DNA from: Nitrosopumilaceae archaeon
Lineage (GTDB): Archaea; Thermoproteota; Nitrososphaeria; Nitrososphaerales; Nitrosopumilaceae
Direction of reading: 5' to 3'
DNA length: 32,000 nt
NCBI GenBank assembly: GCA_035620615.1
Contig: DASPGM010000014.1
Coordinates: forward strand, 21,226-53,225
Under the pieces are notes generated by a model, which was given only the letters and a program-made list of their open reading frames with translations, did not search any database and was not told the origin of the DNA. Both the position numbers and the translations under genes were made by a program. Below are positions 7,118 through 15,310 of this stretch, piece after piece. Numbering within the stretch: position 1 is the first letter of the stretch; the number at the start of each line of letters is the position of its first letter.

Positions 7118-8182
7118 ATGAATGATATTGAGATTCTTGGTAATCTTAATAGCGGTAAAGACTTTGTAAATTCAATTGAAAAAAAAAAATTTCTGTTCTC
7201 ACTTGTAATATCTTACACAGAAACCTGTGAAATTCCTGGAATTACCGTGGCAGGAGCAAATCCTGAATTTATAAAATATACTCCTCCAGCTGATGCAGAA
7301 TATCTTCATTATGGAAATTGCAAATGCATCGATACTATACCTATGACTCCTGATGGGAAACCCACTCCTGCAATTCTAACTAAGGTGGCCTTGGAAACTG
7401 CTAGTATCCCTCATGTAATAATTAATGCTGGAAGCAAAATTCTTCCAGAGGTACCATATTTTGAAACAGGTTTAGAACCTGGAAAAAATATTCGCGACGA
7501 AGTTGCTATGGATCGGTATTATGTATTGCGTGCCGTTGAACATGGGCGTATTATAGGTAGAACCCTTGGGTCGTTAACTGATTGTTTAATAATTGGTGAG
7601 AGTATCCCAGGGGGAACAACTACTGCTATGGCAGTGCTGAAAGCCTTTGATATTAATGCAAAGGTTAGCTCCAGCATGCCACAAAATCCACAAGATCTAA
7701 AAAACCATGTTGTTAATTCCGCATTAAGTAGATCTCGTTTAAACGATTCATATGATATCATTGCAAATATGGGTGATCCAATGATTCCATTAGTTGCTGG
7801 AATGTTAAGTACCGCTTCGCAAACTTGTAAGGTTATTTTAGCTGGAGGTACTCAAATGGCTGCTGTATTATCTCTTGGTAAATCTACTGGATATGATAAA
7901 AACAATGTTGCAATTGGAACCACCTCTTACGTTGTAAATGATAATTCTGCAAACTTCTTGGATACAATTGAGGAAATTGACAATATTCCAATCCTCTCCG
8001 TAAATCCAAAACTAGAAGATTCAAAAATTCAAGGATTGAAATCTTTCTCTCAAGGATTTGTTAAGGAAGGAGCAGGGGCTGGAGGCTCTTTAATTTCTGC
8101 TATTTTAAAAACTGGAATTAATTCACAAAAGCTATTAGAATTAACCGAAGACGAATACAACAGAATTATTACTTTACAGTAA
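7118..8182 (+). CDS. cobT: Archaeal-type nicotinate-nucleotide--dimethylbenzimidazole phosphoribosyltransferase (UPF0284/TIGR00303 family CobT)
   Basis: 354-aa ORF. TETCEIPGITVAGANPE and IGESIPGGTTTA resemble the archaeal CobT/UPF0284 family as I remember it. Confidence 0.7.
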   Translation: MNDIEILGNLNSGKDFVNSIEKKKFLFSLVISYTETCEIPGITVAGANPEFIKYTPPADAEYLHYGNCKCIDTIPMTPDGKPTPAILTKVALETASIPHVIINAGSKILPEVPYFETGLEPGKNIRDEVAMDRYYVLRAVEHGRIIGRTLGSLTDCLIIGESIPGGTTTAMAVLKAFDINAKVSSSMPQNPQDLKNHVVNSALSRSRLNDSYDIIANMGDPMIPLVAGMLSTASQTCKVILAGGTQMAAVLSLGKSTGYDKNNVAIGTTSYVVNDNSANFLDTIEEIDNIPILSVNPKLEDSKIQGLKSFSQGFVKEGAGAGGSLISAILKTGINSQKLLELTEDEYNRIITLQ

Positions 8183-9929
8183 CAGATTTTGCCAAATTTC
8201 TTGGATAATCAGGATCAGTGTCTTTTACAATGGCTGAATAATATGCCAGAAGTTGAATTGGAATAATTTCTATCATAGGAAACATCGCTTCTCCTATACT
8301 TGGAATTTCTATCCAATGATCATAAATCTCACTTTTTTTATCTGAAATTCCAATAATCTTCGCACCTCTTGCTTTGATTTCACTTGCACTAGTTAAAGTG
8401 TCAGTATAAGTAGAATCATTTGGATTAATTATTAATACATAAACGTTTGAATCCATTAGTGCCAATGGCCCATGTTTTAGTTCTCCACCTGGAATTCCCT
8501 CAGCATGAATGTATGTTAACTCTTTTAATTTTAGAGCAGCTTCAGATGCGATTGGATAATGAATTCCTCTTCCTAAAACGTAAATGTCACTTACATTCTT
8601 CAGTTCATTTGCTATAGACTGAATTTTTGAGTGATTTGAAAGAATTTTTGAAATTGAATCAGATATCTCCTTGAAATCTAAATTCAGACACCCATTACAC
8701 AATTTTTCTGTAATTTTATAAATTATAGCAAGTTGCGAGGTAAAACTCTTAGTTGCTGCAACACCTATTTCAGGGCCACAATTCATTCCAAGAAAAAGTG
8801 AGGATTCTTGCACTAGTGATGAATTTTTATGATTGGCAATGGACAAAATTTTTGCATTAGATTTTTTGGCAATGCCTACTGCTTCAAGAACATCTGCGCT
8901 TTCACCACTTTGTGAAATTGCAATAAAAATTGAGTTAGGTTCTATAGAGTCTGGTAGGGTAGAAAGCTCACTGGAAATAATTGATTCTATTTTTATTTTA
9001 GCGAATTTTGCCATTAGATATTTTGCAACTAATGCAGCATTATAGCTAGTGCCACTACCTGTAATGTATACAGTTTTTGCATGTTTTATAAAATCAGAAG
9101 TTTGTTCTATTGCAGATTGAGTTTTATTTCCTGCATGCAGTATAGTTTCAGGTTGTTCAGATATTTCTTTTAATGTAAAGTGAGCATAATCTCCTTTGTA
9201 TGCATCAGCAAATTCTTTTGAAATTTTTGTAACTTGATGTTTTACAGGCTTTCCTTCAAAATCACAAATCTGTATTCCTGTAGTATCAATAAAAATTAAA
9301 TTTCCATTATCAACATATATCGCATCATCTGTTTGTTCAATAAATCCCAAAACATCACTTGATAAAAAATAATCATTTTTTCCAATTCCAATAATCATTG
9401 GTTCATGAAATCTAGCCGCGGCTAGCAAACCGTTATCAAACATTGCTACAAACGCGTAATGGCCTTTTAATTTTGAAACCGTACTAATGATTGCTTTTTT
9501 AACATCTAAAGTTAGATCATAATTTTGTTGTAAGAGGTTTGATATTACTTCAGTATCTGTTTCACTATTAAATGTAAATCCATTTTTTTGTAAATCTTCT
9601 TTTAACTCATTATAATTTTCAATAATTCCATTATGCACAATTGCAACTTTTCCTGAATTACTTGGGTGTGGATGTGCATTTATCTGGGTCACCTTTCCAT
9701 GAGTTGCCCATCTAGTATGACCAATTCCGATATTTCCAGAAAGTTTATCAAGATTTACAGAATTATTTACCTCACTAACTTTTCCAACTCCTTTTCTAAC
9801 TTCTATTTTATGGTCAGAATTAGTGGCTACTCCTACACTATCGTATCCTCGATATTCCATTCGTTTAAGACCCTTCACCAAAATAGGGGCAGCAGAGCCT
9901 TTTCCATAGTAACCTATTATTGAACACAT
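8169..9929 (-). CDS. glmS: Glutamine--fructose-6-phosphate aminotransferase (isomerising)
   Basis: 586-aa ORF starting MCSIIGY (N-terminal nucleophile Cys2), with a glutaminase domain and two SIS domains (GSGTSYNA, GRGIHYPIA). Its 3' end overlaps convergent cobT by 14 nt. Confidence 0.95.
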   Translation of the reverse strand: MCSIIGYYGKGSAAPILVKGLKRMEYRGYDSVGVATNSDHKIEVRKGVGKVSEVNNSVNLDKLSGNIGIGHTRWATHGKVTQINAHPHPSNSGKVAIVHNGIIENYNELKEDLQKNGFTFNSETDTEVISNLLQQNYDLTLDVKKAIISTVSKLKGHYAFVAMFDNGLLAAARFHEPMIIGIGKNDYFLSSDVLGFIEQTDDAIYVDNGNLIFIDTTGIQICDFEGKPVKHQVTKISKEFADAYKGDYAHFTLKEISEQPETILHAGNKTQSAIEQTSDFIKHAKTVYITGSGTSYNAALVAKYLMAKFAKIKIESIISSELSTLPDSIEPNSIFIAISQSGESADVLEAVGIAKKSNAKILSIANHKNSSLVQESSLFLGMNCGPEIGVAATKSFTSQLAIIYKITEKLCNGCLNLDFKEISDSISKILSNHSKIQSIANELKNVSDIYVLGRGIHYPIASEAALKLKELTYIHAEGIPGGELKHGPLALMDSNVYVLIINPNDSTYTDTLTSASEIKARGAKIIGISDKKSEIYDHWIEIPSIGEAMFPMIEIIPIQLLAYYSAIVKDTDPDYPRNLAKSVTVK

Positions 9930-9966
9930 AATTTCTACCTAGTAATTGAAATATTTACAGATAAGC

Positions 9967-10566
9967 TTAATCTTTTGCTTGAACAGCCGAAGTGCCATCA
10001 CTTGATTCTTCAGGAGTATCTATTTCTGATTCATCAGTAGTTGGCTCTTCAATTTTTGTTTTCCCGTGTTTTTCCAACAGTTCTCCTAATGAAGAACCTG
10101 GGGCTAAACGAATTTGATCTTCCTCATTCATTCCAACCGAATACGATGGTACGTTTACAATCCTATCTCCAATCATAATATGACCGTGTACTACAGCCTG
10201 CCTTGCTTGATAAGGAGTTCTAAAAGAAAATTTCTTTTGAACTACTGTTTGTAATCTGCGAGATAACAAATCTGTCACCTGAAGGTTTAACACATCATCC
10301 AGAGTTGAATTCGCTTCTACTAATCCAACTTTAGATAACGACTTCATCAATATTGGTTCTTTTTCATCTCTTATTTCTTGTCTAAGCGCAAGTAAAGAAC
10401 GAGCTTGATGTCTCAATCTAGAAAGTTCTGTATGTGCTTTCCATAATTCTCGTTTTGTTTTTAATCCAAAAGTTCCTAATGTCTTTAATTCTTCCATCTT
10501 AAGATCATAATTGAGAGGATTTCTTGGTTTCTTCCAAGATCTTCGCGGATTTTTTGGATCTCCCAT
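9967..10566 (-). CDS. rps4: 30S ribosomal protein uS4 (S4)
   Basis: 199-aa ORF MGDPKNPRRSWKKPRNP… with an S4 RNA-binding domain (RRLQTVV…HGHIMIGDRIVNVPSY) and an acidic C-terminal tail. Confidence 0.95.
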   Translation of the reverse strand: MGDPKNPRRSWKKPRNPLNYDLKMEELKTLGTFGLKTKRELWKAHTELSRLRHQARSLLALRQEIRDEKEPILMKSLSKVGLVEANSTLDDVLNLQVTDLLSRRLQTVVQKKFSFRTPYQARQAVVHGHIMIGDRIVNVPSYSVGMNEEDQIRLAPGSSLGELLEKHGKTKIEEPTTDESEIDTPEESSDGTSAVQAKD

Positions 10567-10575
10567 CTATTTCAC

Positions 10576-11253
10576 CTATTTTTTAGCTCCGCCCTTAGTC
10601 TCTTTTGCTTTTTCTTTCCCTTCAGCTGGAGCTGCAGCCTTTCCTGCAGCTGGTGCAGTACTTTTTCCTGCAGCTGGAGCTGCAGTCTTTCCTGCAGCTG
10701 GTGTAGTACCTTTTCCTGCAGCTGGAGCTGCACTCTCAGCTGGAGCTGCGCCTTCAGCAGCTACTTCTGCACCTGGAGCTCCAGGCGCACCAGCTGGTAA
10801 AACTTTTCCTCCTTTTTGAACACCGACGGCTCCTCCTTTTCGACCAGAAGTACGTGTACATTGTCCCCTAACTTTTAAGCCATACATGTGACGGTAACCT
10901 CTCCAACTATAGATCCCCTTTTCTCTTTCAATATCATTTCTAACTGTAAGGGCAATATCTGATGTAATCAAATGAGACGTCTGCCCTGTTTCAGAATCTT
11001 TTCGCCTATTTAGGAACCAAGATGGAAATTTAGCTGAATTTGGATCCTTAATTATTTGTTCAATTGATTGAACTTGAGATTCAGTAAGATTACCAATATT
11101 ACTATTAGAGTTAATTTTTAATGAATCTAAAATTGCATTTGCAAAGTTATAACCAATCCCTCGAATTTGTGTTAGACCAACTATAATTTTTTTAGATCCC
11201 GGAATATCATTTCCTACAATTCTCACAATATGCTGATATTCATTTGCTGTCAA
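10576..11253 (-). CDS. rps13: 30S ribosomal protein uS13 (S13) with 73-aa Ala/Pro/Gly/Lys-rich C-terminal extension
   Basis: 225-aa ORF with a TTG start. The S13 body ([12 protein letters not shown]…GLTQIRGIG…[16 protein letters not shown]) is followed by the tail [12 protein letters not shown]…(PAAGKxxx)x5…KETKGGAKK. Confidence 0.9.
   Translation of the reverse strand: MTANEYQHIVRIVGNDIPGSKKIIVGLTQIRGIGYNFANAILDSLKINSNSNIGNLTESQVQSIEQIIKDPNSAKFPSWFLNRRKDSETGQTSHLITSDIALTVRNDIEREKGIYSWRGYRHMYGLKVRGQCTRTSGRKGGAVGVQKGGKVLPAGAPGAPGAEVAAEGAAPAESAAPAAGKGTTPAAGKTAAPAAGKSTAPAAGKAAAPAEGKEKAKETKGGAKK
10606..10725 (-). repeat. Five tandem 24-nt (8-codon) repeats encoding PAAGK-xxx within the uS13 tail
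   Basis: Repeating ttcctgcagctgg(a/t)g… units. Locally GC-rich in an AT-rich genome. Responsible for the mirror ORF 10511..10819. Confidence 0.85.
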
Positions 11254-11351
11254 GTATGAAGATTCAAAATTACCAAGATAAAAACCATACTAAGAATTTT
11301 ATCAAGAAAAAACAATTCTTTTCAAAAATATATCACAATTTCAGTAAATGG

Positions 11352-11359
11352 TATAAATT
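11352..11359 (+). promoter_or_regulatory. TATA-like box (TATAAATT) for the AAA+/VWA/wHTH operon
   Basis: Centred 26 nt upstream of ATG 11381, consistent with a leaderless archaeal transcript. Confidence 0.4.
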
Positions 11360-11380
11360 GTAAGAGCTCTAAAGTAGTTT

Positions 11381-13009
11381 ATGTTAGACACCTCAAGCAT
11401 TGTTGGACAAAGCTATAATTCCTCTCCAAAATACACTGAAATCCAAGCAGGATTACCTGAAGATTTTAAAGATATCAAAACCTTAGGTGATCTTTTAGCT
11501 ATTAATTACAAATTAGTTAGCGTAAAACAGCAACTTAGAAGAAATTTAATTTCTCTAATTAACTTGGGTAAGCCCAAATATCCTGGAATAATTGGTTTTG
11601 AGGATGATGTAATTCCCGCATTAGATAGAGCAATTCTTTCTTGCCATGATATATTTTTGGTTGGACAAATTGGTCAAGCCAAAACCAAAATTGTTGAAAC
11701 TATTTCTAAGAACCTATTATCCCCAATTCCAGTAATTAAAAATAGTATTACAAACGACTGCCCAATGGATTTACCTGAAAATGATTTGATATCATTACTG
11801 AATGATAAAGAACCAAATAATCTAAGTCCTAAATTCTATGTTAGTCCTGAAAGTGCTGAGAGAATACGTGATGATAAACTAGACACAGAAATAGTATGGT
11901 TGGAGGGAAAAAATAGATACAAGTATGTACTTGCAACTCCCGATATCTCAGTAAAAGATTTTGTTGGTTATATAGATGCAATTAAAGTTGCAAAAAAAGG
12001 AATTGAAATTTACAAAATTGATTCTTATTCACCAGGTCAGCTTATGCAGGCAAAACATGGAATATTTTGTATTGATGAATTACCAGTACTTGATCCAAGA
12101 AAACAAGTATCTTTACTTTCTGTATTACAAGAAGGTAGATTTACTACAGGTTCATATCCTGTAATCTTTGAACCAAAAATTTCTCTCTTTGCAACTGCAA
12201 ATCCAATTGATTATACTCATTCAGGGAAGGTAATCGAACCATTATACGACCGATTGAAAAGCCATATTCATACACATTATCCAAAATCAATTGATAACGA
12301 AATGTTAATTATTCTTCAGGAGGCAAAAATCCCTCAAACTATAATTTTTTCTCCAATATTAAAAATTCTTTCTACAATTATTCAAAACGCAAGAAAAAGT
12401 TTTGAAATAAATCAAGAAAGAGGTGTGAGTGTAAGACTTGGAATTCATGGACTAGAGTTACTTGTGGGAGAATCAGAAAGAGCACGTGCACTCTCTCATA
12501 AAATTACTGCAGTCCCAAGATTATCTGATATGTATTGTCTTAATCAAGTTGCAAAATTTGAACTTATTGAACAAGACGACACCATTGAAAATCGAGAAAA
12601 ATTCTTCAATAAATTAATCGACGACTCCATTCATCAAATCAGCATAGAATATCTGAATGAAAAGGATGCGACCCTATTAGAAGGAATAAAACAAGAATTT
12701 CAAGGAAAAACATTCCAAGTCTCACAGAAAATGATATGGAAAAATGGTCAAACTTCATACGAAAATCAACTTGATAATTTTAAAAATCTCAAACAACTTG
12801 TAGAATTAAAAGCTGAAAAAGTACATTCTGAACAAAAATTACTAATAGAAAAAACGGTTCCTTACAGTATAGAATCTAGCTCGTTGATAATCAATGAAGC
12901 AGGTGAAAGCGAATTACGCTCGGTTTTAACTGAAATTATTCTTGAAGGACTTCGGGGAACTACCCCAAAAATTCTCGAGCGAAAAGAAGCAGGATATGTC
13001 TCGGCCTAA
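11381..13009 (+). CDS. ChlI/BchI-like (Mg-chelatase subunit I / MoxR-related) AAA+ ATPase with N- and C-terminal extensions
   Basis: 542-aa ORF. Deviant Walker A GQIGQAKT (res 95-102), Walker B IFCIDE (228-233), LLSVLQEGRFT, sensor-1-like ATANP, Arg-finger-like YDRL, lid-like GVSVRLGIHGLELL. The ordering parallels ChlI. There is a ~125-aa insert between Walker A and B and a ~170-aa helical C-terminal extension. Confidence 0.75.
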   Translation: MLDTSSIVGQSYNSSPKYTEIQAGLPEDFKDIKTLGDLLAINYKLVSVKQQLRRNLISLINLGKPKYPGIIGFEDDVIPALDRAILSCHDIFLVGQIGQAKTKIVETISKNLLSPIPVIKNSITNDCPMDLPENDLISLLNDKEPNNLSPKFYVSPESAERIRDDKLDTEIVWLEGKNRYKYVLATPDISVKDFVGYIDAIKVAKKGIEIYKIDSYSPGQLMQAKHGIFCIDELPVLDPRKQVSLLSVLQEGRFTTGSYPVIFEPKISLFATANPIDYTHSGKVIEPLYDRLKSHIHTHYPKSIDNEMLIILQEAKIPQTIIFSPILKILSTIIQNARKSFEINQERGVSVRLGIHGLELLVGESERARALSHKITAVPRLSDMYCLNQVAKFELIEQDDTIENREKFFNKLIDDSIHQISIEYLNEKDATLLEGIKQEFQGKTFQVSQKMIWKNGQTSYENQLDNFKNLKQLVELKAEKVHSEQKLLIEKTVPYSIESSSLIINEAGESELRSVLTEIILEGLRGTTPKILERKEAGYVSA

Positions 13010-14345
13010 TACTGGAAATTTTGTATACTATCTAAGTGATGGTAAGAAAAAAAATACCAAATTTGAAAACACCCTTTCTGATAAGAAGCTAGGCGAAATA
13101 TTACATACACTCTCAAAATATTCAATGAAAGAAAAAACACCAGAATTTGAAGAATTAGAATCTATATTACAAAATTCCTTACATCAAAATGAAAACCAGG
13201 ATAATGAGATTAAAATGGAAAATGACAAAAATATTGAAGATGGCGGGGCTTCTTTAACAAAACTGCTGAAGGAAAAGGGTTATCTTCGTGAGGGAAAAAA
13301 ATGGTTAACCCATAAAGGATTTTTTAAAATTGGTGGAAAAATTCTTCACGATGTAATGAAGGAACTTAATTCTTCCGATGTGGGTTTGCATGAGACTAAA
13401 TTTATTGGCGGTGGTAATATCTTAATGGATACCACAAAAAAATTTGAACCAGGTAATGATTTTAAATTCCTTAGTGTACCTCAAACGTTACTTAACACCA
13501 TTAAAAGAATTTCCAAAATTAACCATCAAATTAATTTTCCAGTAGAAATAATTCTTGACGATCTTGAAGAATTTGAAACCTTTGAAGATGTACGAGTAGA
13601 TATAGTATATTGTATTGATTTAAGCTCTACAATGAAATATTCAATAGGAAAAAATGACTCAAGTAGAATTGAAGCTGCCAAAAAAGCCCTTTGGGGACTC
13701 TATATACTAAATAAAAAATTCTATCCAAATGATACAATCTCAATTGTGGGATTTGGTTCTATGGCATCATTAATTGATCCTTATGACATTCCATTTCTAA
13801 AAACATTTGATGCAAATGATGATTTTTTACATTATACAAATTACCAGGCTGCGTTAAGATTGGCTAGAAAAATTTTACAGAAAAGTTCTGCGGAAAATAA
13901 GAGAATAGTAATGATCACAGATGGACAACCTAGTGCTTGTTTTATTGATAACATTCACCAAAAAAATGATATTATTTCTGAGAAACCATACTCAAATTTC
14001 TATACGCCTAGTAAAGATGTTATATCTAAAATAAAAAAAGAACGAGATTTGAAACTCGACATAAACGAAGGAAGCCTGGTTTACCTTTGTTATAGATACA
14101 AGAAAGTAGACTCAAAGATAAATGATAGAACGATTATGGAAGCTAAAAAATGTAAGAGAGAGGCAATTAACATTGATACTATTGTGGTAGGTGAGGAAGA
14201 AGAACTTTTGAAATATGCCCAAGAACTTGAACAAAAATTAAAAGGAAAAACCTATCATATCAATCAGGAGAATATGGAACAAGTTCTAGTTCATGATTAT
14301 CTTACAAAAACCAGAAAAGTTTTAAGTTCTAAACAGATTTGGTGA
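12996..14345 (+). CDS. von Willebrand factor A (VWA) domain protein, ChlD/CoxE-like partner of the upstream ATPase
   Basis: MIDAS-like D-L-S-S-T at 13617-13631 (VYCIDLSSTM) and ITDGQPSA downstream. I prefer ATG 12996 (MSRPNTGNF…, 14-nt overlap with the ATPase gene) over the track's TTG at 12942. Confidence 0.75.
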   Translation: MSRPNTGNFVYYLSDGKKKNTKFENTLSDKKLGEILHTLSKYSMKEKTPEFEELESILQNSLHQNENQDNEIKMENDKNIEDGGASLTKLLKEKGYLREGKKWLTHKGFFKIGGKILHDVMKELNSSDVGLHETKFIGGGNILMDTTKKFEPGNDFKFLSVPQTLLNTIKRISKINHQINFPVEIILDDLEEFETFEDVRVDIVYCIDLSSTMKYSIGKNDSSRIEAAKKALWGLYILNKKFYPNDTISIVGFGSMASLIDPYDIPFLKTFDANDDFLHYTNYQAALRLARKILQKSSAENKRIVMITDGQPSACFIDNIHQKNDIISEKPYSNFYTPSKDVISKIKKERDLKLDINEGSLVYLCYRYKKVDSKINDRTIMEAKKCKREAINIDTIVVGEEEELLKYAQELEQKLKGKTYHINQENMEQVLVHDYLTKTRKVLSSKQIW

Positions 14346-14349
14346 TTTA

Positions 14350-14661
14350 TTGGAACCTACCTACAACAAAGAAAAGATTTTAGAATCTATTTTTGATCCT
14401 GAAACATCTGAAATTTTAGCAGAATTAGAAAATGGTGGAAAAGAATTACAATATCTGACAGACAAATTAAAAATTTCTGAAGATGAAATTTACGCAAAAC
14501 TATCTTACTTAATTGAACACAATTTTGTAAAAAAAGAAAAAACCAATAGCAAAATTATTTTTACAGCGAATGCAGAAAAATTAGCAGAACAGGTTGAACA
14601 AGATAATAATTTTGATAATGTAGTTGATGGATTAGCTAAAATGGATAGTTATCTTAATTGA
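14350..14661 (+). CDS. Small winged-helix (ArsR/TrmB-like) putative DNA-binding protein
   Basis: 103-aa ORF with a TTG start, 4 nt after the VWA stop. ILESIFDPETSEILAELENGGKELQYLTDKLKISEDEIYAKLSYLIEHNFVKKEK has the spacing of a wHTH. Assignment is by pattern only. Confidence 0.5.
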   Translation: MEPTYNKEKILESIFDPETSEILAELENGGKELQYLTDKLKISEDEIYAKLSYLIEHNFVKKEKTNSKIIFTANAEKLAEQVEQDNNFDNVVDGLAKMDSYLN

Positions 14662-15163
14662 ATTTTTCTTTTCGTTTATTTCGTATTAAATTAACTACAA
14701 TTCCACCCATTCCAATTAATCCTACAAGTATAATATAGAAACCTATAATCCCTACAGAAAGGATATTGCTATCTGGCATGTATCCAATTCCAGCAACAAT
14801 TTTTATTTGTTCCAACCCAGAATTTTCAATAGTAACCCTGTAGGTACCTTTTGAGTTGATTTCAAATCGTTCTTCTGTTGTTTCTTGATCAATTGTCTTT
14901 GACAAAATTTGACTTTCACTTGGTTCAAACACAGTTACATGAATCATATTTTCCTCATATTTTGATAAGAGAATCCCATACACTCCAGTTTCACTAAAAG
15001 CAGGATCAAGTTCTGCTGTTACATCCATTGAAGAACCAGATTCCAAATTTTCTTCTGTTATGGTCAAATTTTGAGTTGCTAATTGTGTACCATAAAATGA
15101 TAGTACCATCCCTATTCCAATCAGAAATCCAACAATTAATAAAAAAATTAATGGTTTTTCCAT
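14654..15163 (-). CDS. Hypothetical membrane protein (N-terminal TM, ~110-aa extracytoplasmic beta-rich domain, C-terminal TM)
   Basis: 169-aa ORF with hydrophobic helices at both ends and a KRKEKFN tail. Convergent 8-nt overlap with the wHTH gene. Confidence 0.6.
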   Translation of the reverse strand: MEKPLIFLLIVGFLIGIGMVLSFYGTQLATQNLTITEENLESGSSMDVTAELDPAFSETGVYGILLSKYEENMIHVTVFEPSESQILSKTIDQETTEERFEINSKGTYRVTIENSGLEQIKIVAGIGYMPDSNILSVGIIGFYIILVGLIGMGGIVVNLIRNKRKEKFN

Positions 15164-15241
15164 AGGATTTTTTGTAAATTCCGTTAGTTAAAACTTGGTT
15201 TTTCAAGGCTATTTGACGAACAATTGTTGAGGGTTTTATTA

Positions 15242-15278
15242 AAGTTAGATAAGGCTAAAAAAGTTAGTCTAGGCTAAA
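15242..15278 (+). promoter_or_regulatory. Two tandem 18-nt direct repeats (AAGTTAG-nnn-AGGCTAAA), 19-nt period, abutting the MCO promoter: candidate operator
   Basis: aagttagataaggctaaa (15242-15259) versus aagttagtctaggctaaa (15261-15278), 15/18 identical. The mismatches are confined to a central 3-nt spacer. The second copy ends at the TATA-like TTTAAATA (15279-15286). Confidence 0.35.
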
Positions 15279-15286
15279 TTTAAATA
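15279..15286 (+). promoter_or_regulatory. TATA-like box (TTTAAATA) of the MCO-ZIP operon
   Basis: Centred ~28 nt upstream of ATG 15311. Confidence 0.4.
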
Positions 15287-15310
15287 GGAAATCAATTAAA
15301 CTAATTTAAA

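Noticed and set aside
7181-7190. A11 homopolymer in cobT, and T9 run in mdh (27112-27120), as phase-variation or frameshift sites
   Set aside because: The reading frames are intact and encode plausible Lys/Phe runs. Such runs are expected at this base composition.
10511-10819. 102-aa plus-strand Ala/Pro/Gly-rich ORF
   Set aside because: It is antisense to the GC-rich PAAGK repeat tail of uS13 and the 5' end of uS4. Its low-complexity product comes from a stop-free reverse frame in a GC-rich repeat. It is not an independent gene.
12942-12995. TTG-initiated 5' extension of the VWA gene (68-nt overlap with the ATPase gene)
   Set aside because: The in-frame ATG at 12996 gives a short 14-nt overlap typical of coupled genes. 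The extension has no conserved-looking sequence. I kept 12996 as the start, but this is not proven.
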